DNA of 64,000 nt from Malacoraja senta (lineage: Eukaryota), in contig CM075992.1 of the NCBI GenBank assembly GCA_038087875.1, positions 6,388,001-6,452,000 of the forward strand, read 5' to 3'. Numbering within the stretch: position 1 is the first letter of the stretch; every line of letters begins with the position of its first letter. Under the pieces are notes generated by a model. The model saw nothing but the letters and a program-made list of their open reading frames with translations, did no database searches and was not told the origin of the DNA. The position numbers were made by a program, and so were the translations under genes. Shown here in pieces: positions 1 to 11,544 of the stretch.

Positions 1-205
1 ACACTAGGGTCAATTTGACTATTTTACTGAAGCCAATTAACCGACAAGCATGTATGTCTTTGGGGAGTGTGGGAGGAAACCGGAGCACCCAGAGAAAACC
101 CACGCAGGTCACAGGGAGAATGTACAAACTCCGTACAGACAGCACCTGTAGTCAGGATCGAACCCGGGTCTCTGCAGCTGTAAGGCTGCAACTCTATGTG
201 CCACA
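1..205 (-). mobile_element. tRNA-derived V-SINE (HE1-like), partial
   Basis: Reverse complement has the B box (GGGTTCGATCC) and the V-domain-type core (GGAGTTTGTACATTCTCCC...CTCCGGTTTCCTCCCACACTCC). About 20 related copies occur in the window; only clear ones are listed. Confidence 0.8.
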
Positions 206-924
206 GTGCCACACTTTGTACAGTGCATCTGTAGACGTTTATAAGAGGATTCAGTGAAGTTAAGCACTAATTCTTTAGATATTATCCATTGCTTCTCTAT
301 GTTCATACACTTTCATGTCATTTCTTAGACTGCCAGAGTCAACTTCATATCTGTGGGGTTTTACTTTGATTGTCAACTACGTATTGTCAACTCGAGGGGT
401 ATCTGTGTATACTTGTTCATCAGTTCCTGGTGTACATGAGTACGGACCCCTGGTGCATTCTCAGTGGGCTCCGAGGACTCGAGGGGGCAGCCCGTGTGTG
501 GCAACTACTGTAGAATGAGGCAGTAGAACTGCAGCCATGCCACCAGCACCCTTGGCCCCTCTTGTTTCATTTCCCCCATGTGTGGCTTTAGCCGTAGTCT
601 AGATCTTGGTCACCCTTCTCTTCTGCATCAATATCTGTTTACGCTCTGCCTTCAGTTCCCTCCGATCTCGCCCCTAATTCCTCCATTCCCTCACGCCACC
701 CTAACTGACCAGCAAACCCACCCACCAGCACACAGTTCTCCACTGAAATGATAAACAAGCTTGGGGACCAAGATGAAGTCACTGCTCATTATAAGGCCAG
801 GAGTGCTTTGTCCTTGAGCAGTGGCGCACAGGAACATCTGTCTCAGTCAAGACCACCTCACCCCCCCACCAGTAACTGCATCTCCCCCCGCCCCCCCCTT
901 CTGCCCCTCACCGCGATCCACAAG

Positions 925-1510
925 CGGGATTGGCAGCATCTCTGGAGAGAAGGAATGGGTAACATTTCGGGTCGAGACCCTTCTTCAGACCAAAGATACT
1001 AGAGGAGCAATCTTTGCTTCAGACTGAGAGTCAGGGAAGAGGGAGTCTAGAGATATGGATTCAAGTAGCAAGGTGTAGAAACAAGGAACTGCAGATGCGG
1101 GAGTAACTCAGCAGGTCAGGCAGCATCTCTGGAGAACATGAACAGGTGGCGTTTCGGGTCGGGACCCTTCTTCAGGCTGATTGTTGAGGCATCTTGGGGG
1201 GAAGAAAGCTGGGAGAGAGGAGAGGCAGACAAAACCGTGGCAGGTGATGTGGGGGGGGGGGGGGGGGGTGATAGCAGATGGTTGGAACAAAGGACAGAGA
1301 TGAAAACAACAGAAGGTGTGAGACAAAAGGATTGAAGAGTTGCAAATCGTGAAGCCAGGAGGAAGGAATTACGTGGGTGAAGAGGGAGAGGAGGGGGAGA
1401 AATAGGTGTGAGCCCAGGTAGGGGACAGGGATGGGGGGTGAGGAAGGTGAGGTGTGGGGGAGAAAGGGTTTTAATTCCTGACCTCCGCCCCACCGAGATA
1501 CTCCAGCACA
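925..1510 (-). mobile_element. Penelope-derived fragments with hammerhead-like cores
   Basis: Minus-strand CTGAAGAAGGGTC(T/C)CGACCCGAAA motifs at about 958-991 and 1146-1179, next to the purine-rich segment also seen in the 28340-28905 copy. Confidence 0.65.
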
Positions 1511-1715
1511 TTGTGACTTCATCAGCCAGAGCAGTCCTGACCTCCCATCTACCTCATTGGAGACCCTTGAACTCTCTTTAATTGGACGTTATCGGACTGT
1601 ATCTTGCTCTGAATGTTGTACCCGTTATCCATTACCTGCGCACTGTGGATGGCTTGATTGTAGTCTTCTATTTGACTCGAGTGGTTAGCATGCAAACAAA
1701 AAGTATTCACTGTAA

Positions 1716-2012
1716 AGCCCCTGTCCCACGATGCGAGTTCACCCAAGAGCTCTCCCGAGTTTAAAAAAAACCCAAACTCGTGGTACTTCATCACGAGTAT
1801 TTTTTTACTCTTGGAAATTTTTCACACTGTTGAAAAACGTCACGAGTTTCCGCGTTTCCCGAGTACCTACCGTGAGCATTACGAGCCGCTACGAGACATC
1901 CACGAGCTCCGACGTACCCGCTACGTACGTTCTACGTACTTACCACGAGTTTGATTTTTTTTTTAAACTCGGGGAGAGCTCTTGGGTAAACTCGCATCGT
2001 GGAACAGGGCCT
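1716..2012. mobile_element. MITE with long TIRs, PIF/Harbinger-like (family copy 1)
   Basis: About 70-bp imperfect TIRs AGCCCCTGTCCCACGATGCGAGTT...AACTCGCATCGTGGAACAGGGCCT with TAA/TTA flanks; CpG-rich interior. Confidence 0.8.
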
Positions 2013-2470
2013 TTAACTAACAATAAACTATAATAAAGTATTCACTGTAAACAACTCTAAGCTAAGCTAAGCTAAGCTGCAATAGGAAGGAACTGTAGAT
2101 GCTGGTTATGGCAAAGAGAGACACAAAGTGCTGGAGTAATTCAGCGAGTCAGGCAGCATCTCTGGAGAAAATGGACAGATTACATTTCGGGATGGGACTG
2201 AAGAAGGGTCTTGACCGGAAAAGTCATCTATCCTTTTTCTCCTGTCTGACCTGCTGAGTTACTCCAACATTTTGTGTCTAAGTAAGTAAGTAAGTAAGTA
2301 AGTTTATTGGCCAAGTATTCACATACAAGGAATTTGCCTTGGTGCTCCGCCCACAAGTAACAACATACAGTATACAGTTACGAATGACTCAGAAAAACAC
2401 TAAACATTAATAATAATAAAACATTAATGATAAAACACCATTGATCAAGCATGTGAACCTATCTTTTATA

Positions 2471-2880
2471 TCTAGTTGCAAGACATTAACATCGGGATAT
2501 GATCCCTGCCCCAGTAAAGCAATAAGACTTTCTTCAAAATATGTCCCTTACCAAACTCTCAGTTCAAATAACAATTTCCTTGTAGTCACATTGAAACCCC
2601 AGCTATTGCCCAATGCTGCACCCCTTTCTAGCTCAATTCACTCAGCTACTGTATTAATAACCAGCTGATTCATATATCGAGGACTTTGTTTGAGGTAGTG
2701 TGGTTGCTAAATGTTCAAACTCTGAGTGATAGTCAACAACACCATACTCAGAACCCAAGCAGAACACAAAACGCTGGAGGAACTCAGCGGGTCAGGAAGG
2801 AAGTGGACAGGTGACGTTTCAGGTTGGGACCCTTCTTCCGACCGATGGAGCGGGGGGGGGGAGAAAACTGGAAAAGGAGC
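2471..2880 (+). repeat. Left arm of an inverted duplication (partner 5390-5806)
   Basis: CAGCTGATTCATATATCGAGGACTTTGTTTGAGGTAGTG here is the reverse complement of CACTACCTCAAACAAAGTCCTCGATATATGAATCAGCTG near 5575-5612; similarity continues across about 400 bp. Confidence 0.85.
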
Positions 2881-3230
2881 TGGGGACCTGTAGGACCTAC
2901 AAACCTGCACGTCTTTGGAGTGTGGGAGGAAACCGGAGATACCAGAGAAAACCCACGCAGGTCACGGGGAAAACGTAGTAACTCCGTACAGACCGCACCC
3001 ATAGTCAGGATCGAACCCAGGTCCCCTGGCGCTGTAAGTTAGCAACTCTGCCCGCCCACTCTTTCAGTTATTCTGTCGTGCAGCTGCAAGTAAGAATGTC
3101 ATTGTTCTATCTGGGACATATGACAATAAAACACTCTTGACATGAATCTTGTCTTGACTGGCCAGGCTTTGTCCCGTCCCCAACTATTTTCTAGCTTCCT
3201 TGAATTCAGTCTAAAGAAGGGCCCAACAGA

Positions 3231-3640
3231 AATGACCGAGACACTACATCTAGAAAAAATAAGGCTTGTCTTGACTGACAAACCAGATCAATTTTCAAAA
3301 TATGGTCTTTTATTGAATTTCTTCAACAACATAATGGTTGAACACAAACTCAAAACCGACGCTAGGGTCGGGTGAGTGAGCGTATGGAAGGGCAGTGGGA
3401 TATATCTCCGTGTCTTTCACTCCTTCGTTAGTTCTGGGGTTTTCCTTTTTCTTTTTCGTGTTTTTCTTGAAATTTTTTCTTTTCTTTCCTTCTTTTCCTT
3501 TTTCCCTTTTTCTTTTTTTCCGATCTAGTTATTATTTCATAAAATGTTAAAACTGAAGCAGTACGAAAATGTTATGTCGATCATTTTCTTTTTGTACAAT
3601 TGCTTCTAAAGAAAAAATAATAAAAAAAGAAAAAAAGAAG
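3231..3640 (+). mobile_element. L1 3' end fragment
   Basis: ETLHLEKIRLVLTDKPDQF matches the ORF2 C-terminus of the L1 at 42109-44677 (ETLHLEEIRLLLAGKPDHF); T-rich 3'UTR and A-rich tail follow. Confidence 0.75.
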
Positions 3641-3865
3641 GGCCTAACCCAAAATTTAAAAAAAGAAGGGCCTGTCCATGTTCTCCCTGATGCTGCCTGA
3701 CCCGCTGAGTTCCCCCATCACTTTGTATTTTATTCTTACAGAGCGATCCTGCCATGCAGATACCCAGACCAGCATGGAGGGGGGTTACCTTACACTCCAC
3801 ACGTGAATGGTCAGGCTCTTAGTTCACTTCCGTGAATTTATTTCTACCCTGAAGATAAATGTGTG

Positions 3866-4175
3866 GGCGGCTTGGTGGTGCAGGGGTAGAGTTGCTGCCT
3901 TACAGCGCCAGAGACCCGGGTTCGATCCTGACTACGGGTGCTCTCTGTACGAGTTTTATACGTTCTCCCCGTGACCTGCGTGGGTTTTCTTCAGGTGTTC
4001 TGGTTTCATCCCACACTCCAAAGATGTATAGGTTTGTAGGTTACTTGACTTCAGCAAAGTTGTAAATAACCCTGTTGTGTGTAGGAGAGTGTTAATATGC
4101 GGGGATCGCTGGTCGGCGTGGAATCGGTGGGCCGAAGGGCCTGTTTCTACACTGTATCTCTAAACTAAATTAAAC
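3866..4175 (+). mobile_element. V-SINE (HE1-like), near full length
   Basis: A box-like GGTGGTGCAGGGGTAGAG, B box GGGTTCGATCC, V-domain, CR1-type tail TGGGCCGAAGGGCCTGTTT, (ACTAA)n end. Confidence 0.85.
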
Positions 4176-4364
4176 TAAAAATTATGCACTTTAAAAAAAG
4201 TTAGTCATTTGTTTTGGGATCTGGGCGTCACGTACAAGGCCATCATTCTTGTCCATCCTGATCGCCCTTGAGAGGGTGATGATGGGGTGTCATCTCAATC
4301 CTCTGCATCCCTTCCAGACTTGGGTGTGGAGATCCAGGATTTACATCAGTAACAATGGATCCAC

Positions 4365-5170
4365 ACAAACCAACCTTCCCTTCCATTGACTCCATCTACA
4401 CCTCCCGCTGCCTCGGTAAGGCCAGCAGCATCATCAAGGACGAGTCGCACCCTGGCCACTCCCTCTTCTCCCTCTCCCATCAGGCAAAAGGTATAGAAGT
4501 GTGAAAACACACACACCTCCAGATTCAGGGACAGTTTCTTCCAGCTGTTATCAGGCAACTGAACCACCCTACCACAACCAGAGAGCAGTGCTGAACAAAG
4601 ATCCTATAGCGGAGCAAGATAGACCACTCCTGCTAAATGCAATGGGCTGACGTTAGTACGCAACGGAGTGGAACGTGGGCCTTTTTTCATCCATTTCCGT
4701 AACCGGACCCGACCCGACCCGACTCGCAGTGTAATCAAGTTGCGGGGGAACAGTTTGTGTTAATAAATTATAATTCTGAAAAAGAGGAGAATATTTTTAC
4801 CAAAGAACTTTTATTTTTACAAGGATGTTTCCGTAACCGGCTTCCGTCTCCGCACTAGTATCTTTGCTCCACTATCGGATCTTTGGTGCGGAGAGGGAAG
4901 CCGGTTACGGAAATGGGGCCGAAAATTACCCATGAATCTGCCCATGACCGTACTACGTCTTTTTCGTCGAGTGATCTGTCTTGCTCGCTATAGGATCTTT
5001 GGTGCTGAACTACTATCTGAACTACTATGGCGACCCTCGGACTATCCTTCACCAGACTTTGCTGGCTTTACCTTGCACTAACGCTATGCCCTTATCATGT
5101 ATCTATACACTGTAAACAGATTATTTGTAATCATGTATTGTCTTTCTGCTGACTGGTTAGCACACAACTG
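4365..5170 (+). mobile_element. Rex1/Babar-type LINE 3' fragment, interrupted by a MITE
   Basis: Reads LPSIDSIYTSRCLGKASSIIKDESHPGHSLFSPLPSG, the same C-terminal motif as the LINEs at 28974-30826 and 38215-40853. Confidence 0.7.
4596..5001. mobile_element. Non-autonomous DNA transposon with 8-bp TSD (P-element-like or hAT)
   Basis: TIR CAAAGATCCTATAGCGGAGCAAGATAGACCACTC...GAGTGATCTGTCTTGCTCGCTATAGGATCTTTG; perfect TSD GTGCTGAA at 4588-4595 and 5002-5009. Confidence 0.85.
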
Positions 5171-5389
5171 AAAGAACTCAACTCAACTGAAACAATGGAA
5201 GGTTGGTGTTAACTTTGCAGCTCAGGTCAACGTGCGTCTTGGAGGGGAACCTGCAAGTGGAGGTGCTCCTATGTGCTTGGGGGGGGGGGGGGGCTGAGGG
5301 GAGGGGTAATTAGCAGGTGATGAAAATAGTGTAGCCCACCCACCTCCCTCCCCTCACCTGTATCCACCTATCACCCTCTTCCCCAACTC

Positions 5390-5806
5390 TCTCTTCCAGC
5401 TTTCTCCCCCCGACTCCATCAGTCTGAAGAAGGGTCCCAACCTGAAACATCACTGTCCATTCCCCTCCACTGATGCTCCTGACCCGCTGAGTTCCTCCAG
5501 CACTTTGTGTTTTGCTTGGGTTCTGAGTATGGTGTTGTTGACTATCACTCAGTGTGTTAATATTTAGCAACCCCACTACCTCAAACAAAGTCCTCGATAT
5601 ATGAATCAGCTGGTTATTAATACAGTGGCTGAGTGAAAAATGGAGTTCGAGAGGGGTGCAGCATGGGCAACAGCTGGGGTTTCAATGTGACTGCAAGGAA
5701 ATTGTGAGTTGAACTGAGAGTTTGGTAAGGACATACTTTTGAAGAAAGTCTCATTGTTTTTCTGGGACAGGGATCATATCCCGATATCAATGTCTTGCAA
5801 CTTGGA
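5390..5806 (-). repeat. Right arm of an inverted duplication (partner 2471-2880)
   Basis: Reverse-complement similarity to 2471-2880, including the same embedded Penelope-type fragment. Confidence 0.85.
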
Positions 5807-5914
5807 TTATTTTTAGTTTTAGACGCAAAGTGCTGGAGTAACTCAGTGGGTCAGGCAGCATCTCTGGAGATAGACACAAAGTGCTGGAGTAACTCTGCGG
5901 GTCAGGCAGCAACT

Positions 5915-6114
5915 NNNNNNNNNNNNNNNNNNNNNNNNNNNNNNNNNNNNNNNNNNNNNNNNNNNNNNNNNNNNNNNNNNNNNNNNNNNNNNNNNNNNNN
6001 NNNNNNNNNNNNNNNNNNNNNNNNNNNNNNNNNNNNNNNNNNNNNNNNNNNNNNNNNNNNNNNNNNNNNNNNNNNNNNNNNNNNNNNNNNNNNNNNNNNN
6101 NNNNNNNNNNNNNN
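5915..6114. other. Assembly gap (200 N)
   Basis: Run of exactly 200 N, probably a placeholder length. Confidence 0.99.
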
Positions 6115-7164
6115 TGGACTTCCCCAACATGGGGAACAATCTTCCTGCATCTAGCCTGTCCAACCCCACAAGAATTTTGTACGTTTCTATAAGATACAAA
6201 AGCTTTTCACTGTACCTCGGTACACGTGACGATAAGCTAAACTCAAACGCAAACATCCATGGCACAGAGACAAGGGGGTCAGTGTCGGGCTGCTTTCCCG
6301 TCTCCACCGACCCTCCTTCACCTCGCACTCTCCCTGTCCTCCTCTCTCCCTCCTGTTTATCCAACCTGTCCCAACGTCTCACCTCCATCAGTACGTCCTC
6401 CCTCTCTGCTCTCCAGTTCTTTCCCTGCAGAATGGCGGAGTGGCAGTGTGGCGCGGCGGGTGGAGCTGCTGCCTCACAGCGCCAGGCTCCCGGGTTCCAT
6501 CCTGACCTCTGCCGTTGTCTGTGTGTGTGGAGTTTGCACGCTCTGTCTGTGACCGCTAGAGTTTCCTCCGGGTGCTCCGGTTTCCTCCCGCATCCTGTTT
6601 ATCCAACTTCCCCTTTAGGCCTAAGATGGAGACAAAACCCTGGAGTAACTCAATGGAAACTCAGCAGTATCTCTGGAGAGAAGGAATGGGTGACGTTCCG
6701 GGTCGAGACCCTTCTTCTGACAGGTCTTGACCTGAAACGTCACCCATTCCTTCTCTCCAGAGATGCTGCCTGTCCCGCTGAGTTACTCCAGCATTTTGTG
6801 TGTCGATCTTCGGTGTAAACCAGCACCTGCAGTTCCTTCCTACTTGTAATTGGGCAACGGCACCAGATTGCAATGGGGTAGAGGTGAAAGGAACAGTTCT
6901 GTAGCTTATGAAAGGGCCATTCGGAAACGCACTTGGGCTAATCTAGAGTGGCCAATTAACCTGCTAACCCGTGGGAGAAAGAGAGAGTGTGGTGAAGATG
7001 GTGATGAGCAATGTGGAGTAGCGTGGATGATGGGGGGATACTCGAGAAGCCGGATCTGGAGGTGCCCAGAGAGGGGGAGGCAAGAGAGAGAGAGAGTCAG
7101 CAGATTAAACAGGATGGTCAGAGAACAGGAATCCAAATGGATACACAACACTAATTTAGCTTTC

Positions 7165-7470
7165 GGGCGGCATGGTGGCGCAGCGGTAGAGTAGCTGCCT
7201 TACAGCGCCTGAAACACGGGATCGATCCTGACTACGGGTGCTGTGGTGGAGTTCGCACGTTCTCCCTATGACCGCATGGGTTTTATCCCCGGGTGCTCCG
7301 GTTTCCTCCCGCACTCCAAAGACGTACAGGTGTGTTGGTTAATTGGCTTTTGTAAAGATTGTAAATTGTCCCTAGTGTGTAGGATAGTGCGAATGTACGG
7401 GGATCGCTGGTCGGCACAAGCTCGGTGGGCCGAAGGGCCTGCTTCCGCAGTGTGTCTCTAAATTAAACTA
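7165..7470 (+). mobile_element. V-SINE (HE1-like)
   Basis: GGTGGCGCAGCGGTAGAG head, V-domain, GGGCCGAAGGGCCTG tail. Confidence 0.85.
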
Positions 7471-8004
7471 ACCTAAACCAATAGGGCAACGAAGATAGAC
7501 ACAAAATGCTTGAGTTACTCGGCAGGTCAGGCAGCATCTCTGGAGAAAAAGGATGGGTGACTGTTTGGGTTCAGACAGGTCTGAGGCAGGGTCTCGTCCC
7601 GAAACGTCATCTGTTCCTTTTCTCCAGAGATGCTGCCTGTCCCGCTGAGTTACTCCAGCATTTAGTGTCTATCTTCAGTGTAAACCAGCGTCTGCAGTTC
7701 CTTCTTACACAATCAAGAGTGTTTAGTTGTCAAGCACAAGGAACTGTAGATGTTGGGATCTTGTGTGGAATGCTGAGGGCAAGGATGGGCACTGCCTGGA
7801 CAGAGGCCAGGATGATAAGACGACCCCTGTCTATCCTAGTCTATCCTGGAATGTGTATCCTAGTCCCGGGAATGGAGCAGAGGATTCCATGTCGCTCCTC
7901 TATTTATAGCTCTGATCAGTGCCGGTTATAGACGCACACATAACCAACATAGATGTGACTCAGCCTCCCTTAGGCTGACGACTTAAATGCAACTTAAATG
8001 TCAC

Positions 8005-8300
8005 CTGGGTGGCACAGTGATAGAGTTGCTGCCTTACAGCGCCAGAGACCCAGGTTCGATCGTGACTGCTGGTGCTTGTCTGTATGGAGTTTGTACCTTC
8101 TCCCCGTGATTTTTTCTCCGAGATCTTCTGTTTCCTCCCGCACCCCAACAACGTGGGTTAAATGGCTTGGTGTAAATGTAAATTGTCCCTGGTGTGTGTG
8201 TGTGTCGGATAGCGTTAGTGTGCGGGGATCGCTGGTCGGCGCGGACCCGGTGGGCCGAAGGGCCTGTTTCCGTGCTGTATCTCTAAACTAAACTAAACTA
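8005..8300 (+). mobile_element. V-SINE (HE1-like)
   Basis: A and B boxes, V-domain, CR1-type tail and (CTAAA)n end. Confidence 0.85.
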
Positions 8301-8539
8301 AACGTGTAAACCTCTGTTCTATCCGCTGACCTGCTGATGAGCCGTTTTACAATGACCAGCGGATCTGCCAAAGACAGGCGCAAAATGCTGGAGTAACTCA
8401 GCGGGACAGGCAGCATCTCTGGATAGAAGGAATAGGTGACGTTTCGGGTCGAGACCCTTCTTCAGACTGACTTCAGTAGGAGGGCCTTAGAATTTGAATT
8501 CTATGTTTGTGTACAATATACGGTGATGATACCAGAACT

Positions 8540-8845
8540 AGACAATAGACAATAGGTGCAGGAGTAGGCCATTTGGCCCATCGAGCCATTCAATGTGATC
8601 ATGGCTGATCATCCCCAATCAGTACCCCGTTCCTGCCTTCTCCCCATATCCCCTGACCGCTATTTTTAAGAGCCCTATCTAGCTCTCTCTTGAAAGCATC
8701 CAGAGAACCTGCCTCCACCGCCCTCTGAGGCAGAGAATTCCACAGACTCACCACTCTCTGTGAGAAAAAGTGTTTCCTCGTCTCCGTTCTAAATGGCTTA
8801 CTCCTTATTCTTAAACTGTGGCCCCTGGTTCTGGACTCCCCCCCA
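8540..8845 (-). mobile_element. CR1 LINE 3' fragment
   Basis: Reverse complement of the CR1 3' end seen at 21700-22030 and 24320-24793. Confidence 0.8.
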
Positions 8846-9015
8846 AGTTAAAAGTTATAACTGTGTAGGAAGGAAGTGCAGATGCTGGTTTACACTGAGG
8901 ATAGACACAAAATGCTGGAGTAACTCAGCGGGGATAGGCAGCATCTGGGGAGAGAAGGAGTGGGTGACGTTTCGGGTGGATCTGCCAAAACGGTGAACCT
9001 GCTCCCTCATCATCG

Positions 9016-9215
9016 ATTTGCAAACCACTCTGGTTCAGATTTACGAGCCTTCGCTCACACAGACACAATAACATTTGCAAATCGCAGAGCTATTTCTGGC
9101 TTCCCTTGACGTCAGCAGGGGTTGCCATGGCGATCCAGGGGGGGGGTTGACACACGCTCGCTGCCATGCACACATGTGTGTCGGTCGTCAAGGGGGATGC
9201 AGTTGCCATGGCGAC
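9016..9215 (+). promoter_or_regulatory. Probable promoter of the NFIL3-like gene (CRE plus two RFX X-boxes)
   Basis: TGACGTCA 9107-9114; GTTGCCATGGCGAT 9121-9134; GTTGCCATGGCGAC 9202-9215; ATTTGCAAA(T) at 9016 and 9073; non-repetitive CpG-retaining island. Confidence 0.65.
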
Positions 9216-9381
9216 GGCGCATCCTCAGCGACAGCTCTGCATTCTTCAGGTGGAACCCCCCCTCCCCCCCTCCACCTCCACCTCCACCTCCATCCCCACC
9301 ACGGCTGAAAGAGGTGTCGGCACAAATAGGAGGCAGAGGAGTGTGAGAGCTCACCGCTCACCGACAAGGAGGGCAACTAGG
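9216..9381 (+). other. Probable non-coding first exon of the NFIL3-like gene (start approximate)
   Basis: Ends at consensus donor AGG|GTAAGT (GT at 9382). A matching acceptor TTCCCCATTTGTTGTTGCAACAG| ends at 22653, 55 nt above the ATG. NFIL3 genes have a non-coding first exon and a single coding exon. Confidence 0.55.
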
Positions 9382-9439
9382 GTAAGTGGCCGAGGACAGC
9401 ACGCACATCACTCTGGACGTCTGGGCTGGTCACGATGTG

Positions 9440-9920
9440 ACGGCTGTACTGGTGTAGGCTGTTGGTACTGAGACGTGTACTGGTGTAGGCTGGTGGGATT
9501 GTGAGTGGTGTACTGGTGTGGGCTGTTGGGATTGTGAAGGTTGTACTGGTGTAGGCTGTTGGTACTGAGACATGTACTGGTGTAGGCTGGTGTGGGCTGT
9601 TGGGATTGTGAAGGCTGTACTGGTGTATGGTTGGTGAGCTTGTAAGGGGTGCCCTGGTGTAGGCTGTTGGGATTGTGTGGGCTGTACTGGTGTGGGCTGG
9701 TGGGACTGACCTTGGTGTACTGGTGTGGCACGGTGAGGTTGTGAGGGGTGTACTGGTCTGGCTAATGGGAATGTGAGGGCTGTACTAGTGCGGGCTGTTG
9801 GTACAGGGCTTGGTGTACTGGTGTGGGCTGTTGGTACAGGGCTTGGTGTACTAGTGCGGGCTGTTGGTACCGGGCTTGGTGTACTAGTGCGGGCTGTTGG
9901 TACCGGGCTAGGTATACTGG
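9440..9920 (+). repeat. Degenerate minisatellite (GTACTGGTGTAGGCTGTTGG core; 33-bp unit in the 3' part)
   Basis: Repeated GTACT(G/A)GTG-GGCTGTTGG modules; about four 33-bp units at 9782-9915. Confidence 0.85.
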
Positions 9921-10170
9921 CGTGGTGTGGTGAGGTTGTGGGTGTGCACTGTGTAGGGGCAATGGCCTTTGTTCTAGGGGTGGTGATGGTTATATCGGAG
10001 TTTCTCCCTATAATAACCGTGTACATCAGTAATGTTCAGGGGTGAGGAATGTGCAAACTCTGTGCTGGCCCACACTGCACTTTATTTTATTGCATAAAGT
10101 GTTTCCGTTAAGTGAAACAGCTTATTTTCGGTTAACTCCATCTGTACCTGGGCAAGCTACGTGTAGGATC

Positions 10171-10204
10171 AGTCTGAAGAAGGGTCTCGACTCGAAACGT
10201 CACC
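10171..10204 (+). ncRNA. Candidate minimal hammerhead ribozyme (Penelope-type)
   Basis: AGT-CTGAAGA-A-GGGTCTCGACTC-GAAAC-GTC-ACC; core intact with one G-U pair in stem II; sense strand of the inferred NFIL3-like intron. Confidence 0.55.
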
Positions 10205-10834
10205 CATTCCTTCTCTCCACAGATGCTGCCTGTCCCGCTGAGTTACTCCAGCATTTTCGGTTTAAACCGGCACCTGCACTTCCTTCCTACATATTTTGTG
10301 TGGGGAGGAACTGCAGCTGCTGGTTTACACCGTAGATAGATGTAAAAACATGGAGTAACTCAGCGGGACAGGCAGCATCTCTGGAGAGAAGGAATGGGTG
10401 ACGTTTCGGGTCGAGACCCTTCTTCAGACTGATCCTACATCCTATCCTACACATCTCTGGAGAGAAGGAATGGGGTCGAGTCTGAAGAAGGGTCTTGACC
10501 CTATTCCTTTTCTCCAGATGACCCGCTGAGTTACTCCAGCTTTCTGTGTCTCTCCTGGGCAAGCTATGGTCAGCTTTGGTAAGATTAACATGCGTGAAAG
10601 GGTGGCTGGGATGCTTTTGGCAGGGAGGGATGCTCAGAGCTGGGGTCTCAGTGTGACCCAGCGCTGTGGGACTGCGGGTACCGATACATCACAGTTAGTT
10701 TGCCTTCTTTACCTTCTTCGGGGTTCCAGGGGTCCAGGCACCATGCACCAATCATCCCCCCTCAACACATCCAAAGCTAACTCCAGACCCCTGCACTAGC
10801 ATGTTGACTGGAACAGCTTCAGTGGGAACGACAG

Positions 10835-11073
10835 TGAGAGAAAGGGAGAGGGAGAAAGGAAGAGAAAGGGAGAGGGGTAGTGATAGAAAGAGAGAGAGAG
10901 AGAGAGAAGGGGAGAGGGAGAGAGAGGGGGAGAGAAAGGGAGAGAGAGAGAGGGGGAGATATATCGCTGCATGGCAAATTCATTTCACTGTGCCTTAGTT
11001 GGTGCATGAGACTAATACATTTATATTGTATTGTATTGTATATTGAGGGGAGAAAGACGGAGGGAGAGAGAGG

Positions 11074-11140
<67 letters not shown>

Positions 11141-11500
11141 AAGTGAGAGGGACAGAGGAAAGAGAGTAGGGAGAGGGATGACAGAGATAGGAAGAGGCGA
11201 GGAGAAAAAGAAGGGAAGAAAGCGAGAGGATGTGTATGTGTGTGGGTGAGAGAGGGAGAGAGGGAAGGAAGGGGGGAAAGAGGAGGTTGTGTGCAAGGGA
11301 CAGAAAGAGAGAGGGGGGAAGGGGGAGATATGAGAGAGATGGAAAAGAGAATAAGACAAGAAGAGAGAATGGGGGGGGGGGGAGAAATTGGAGGAGAGGA
11401 AACACTGAGGTACAGAGGGAGGGGGGAGAGAGAGAGATAGAGGAAGCAATAGGATAGAGAGAGAGATGCTCAGAAAAGGGAAGTGAAAGGAACGAGAATG
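10835..11500 (+). repeat. (GA)n / purine-rich tracts
   Basis: GA dinucleotide runs and polypurine sequence. Confidence 0.9.
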
Positions 11501-11544
11501 ACATAGAAACAACAAATTAGATTGAAAACAAGAGTGAGCATGAT

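Noticed and set aside
5795..6388. ORFs spanning N runs (also 55486-55791)
   Set aside because: Artefacts of translating through assembly gaps.
9430..10026. Mucin-like Pro/Thr/Ser ORF on the minus strand
   Set aside because: Translation of the intronic minisatellite; no splice or domain support.
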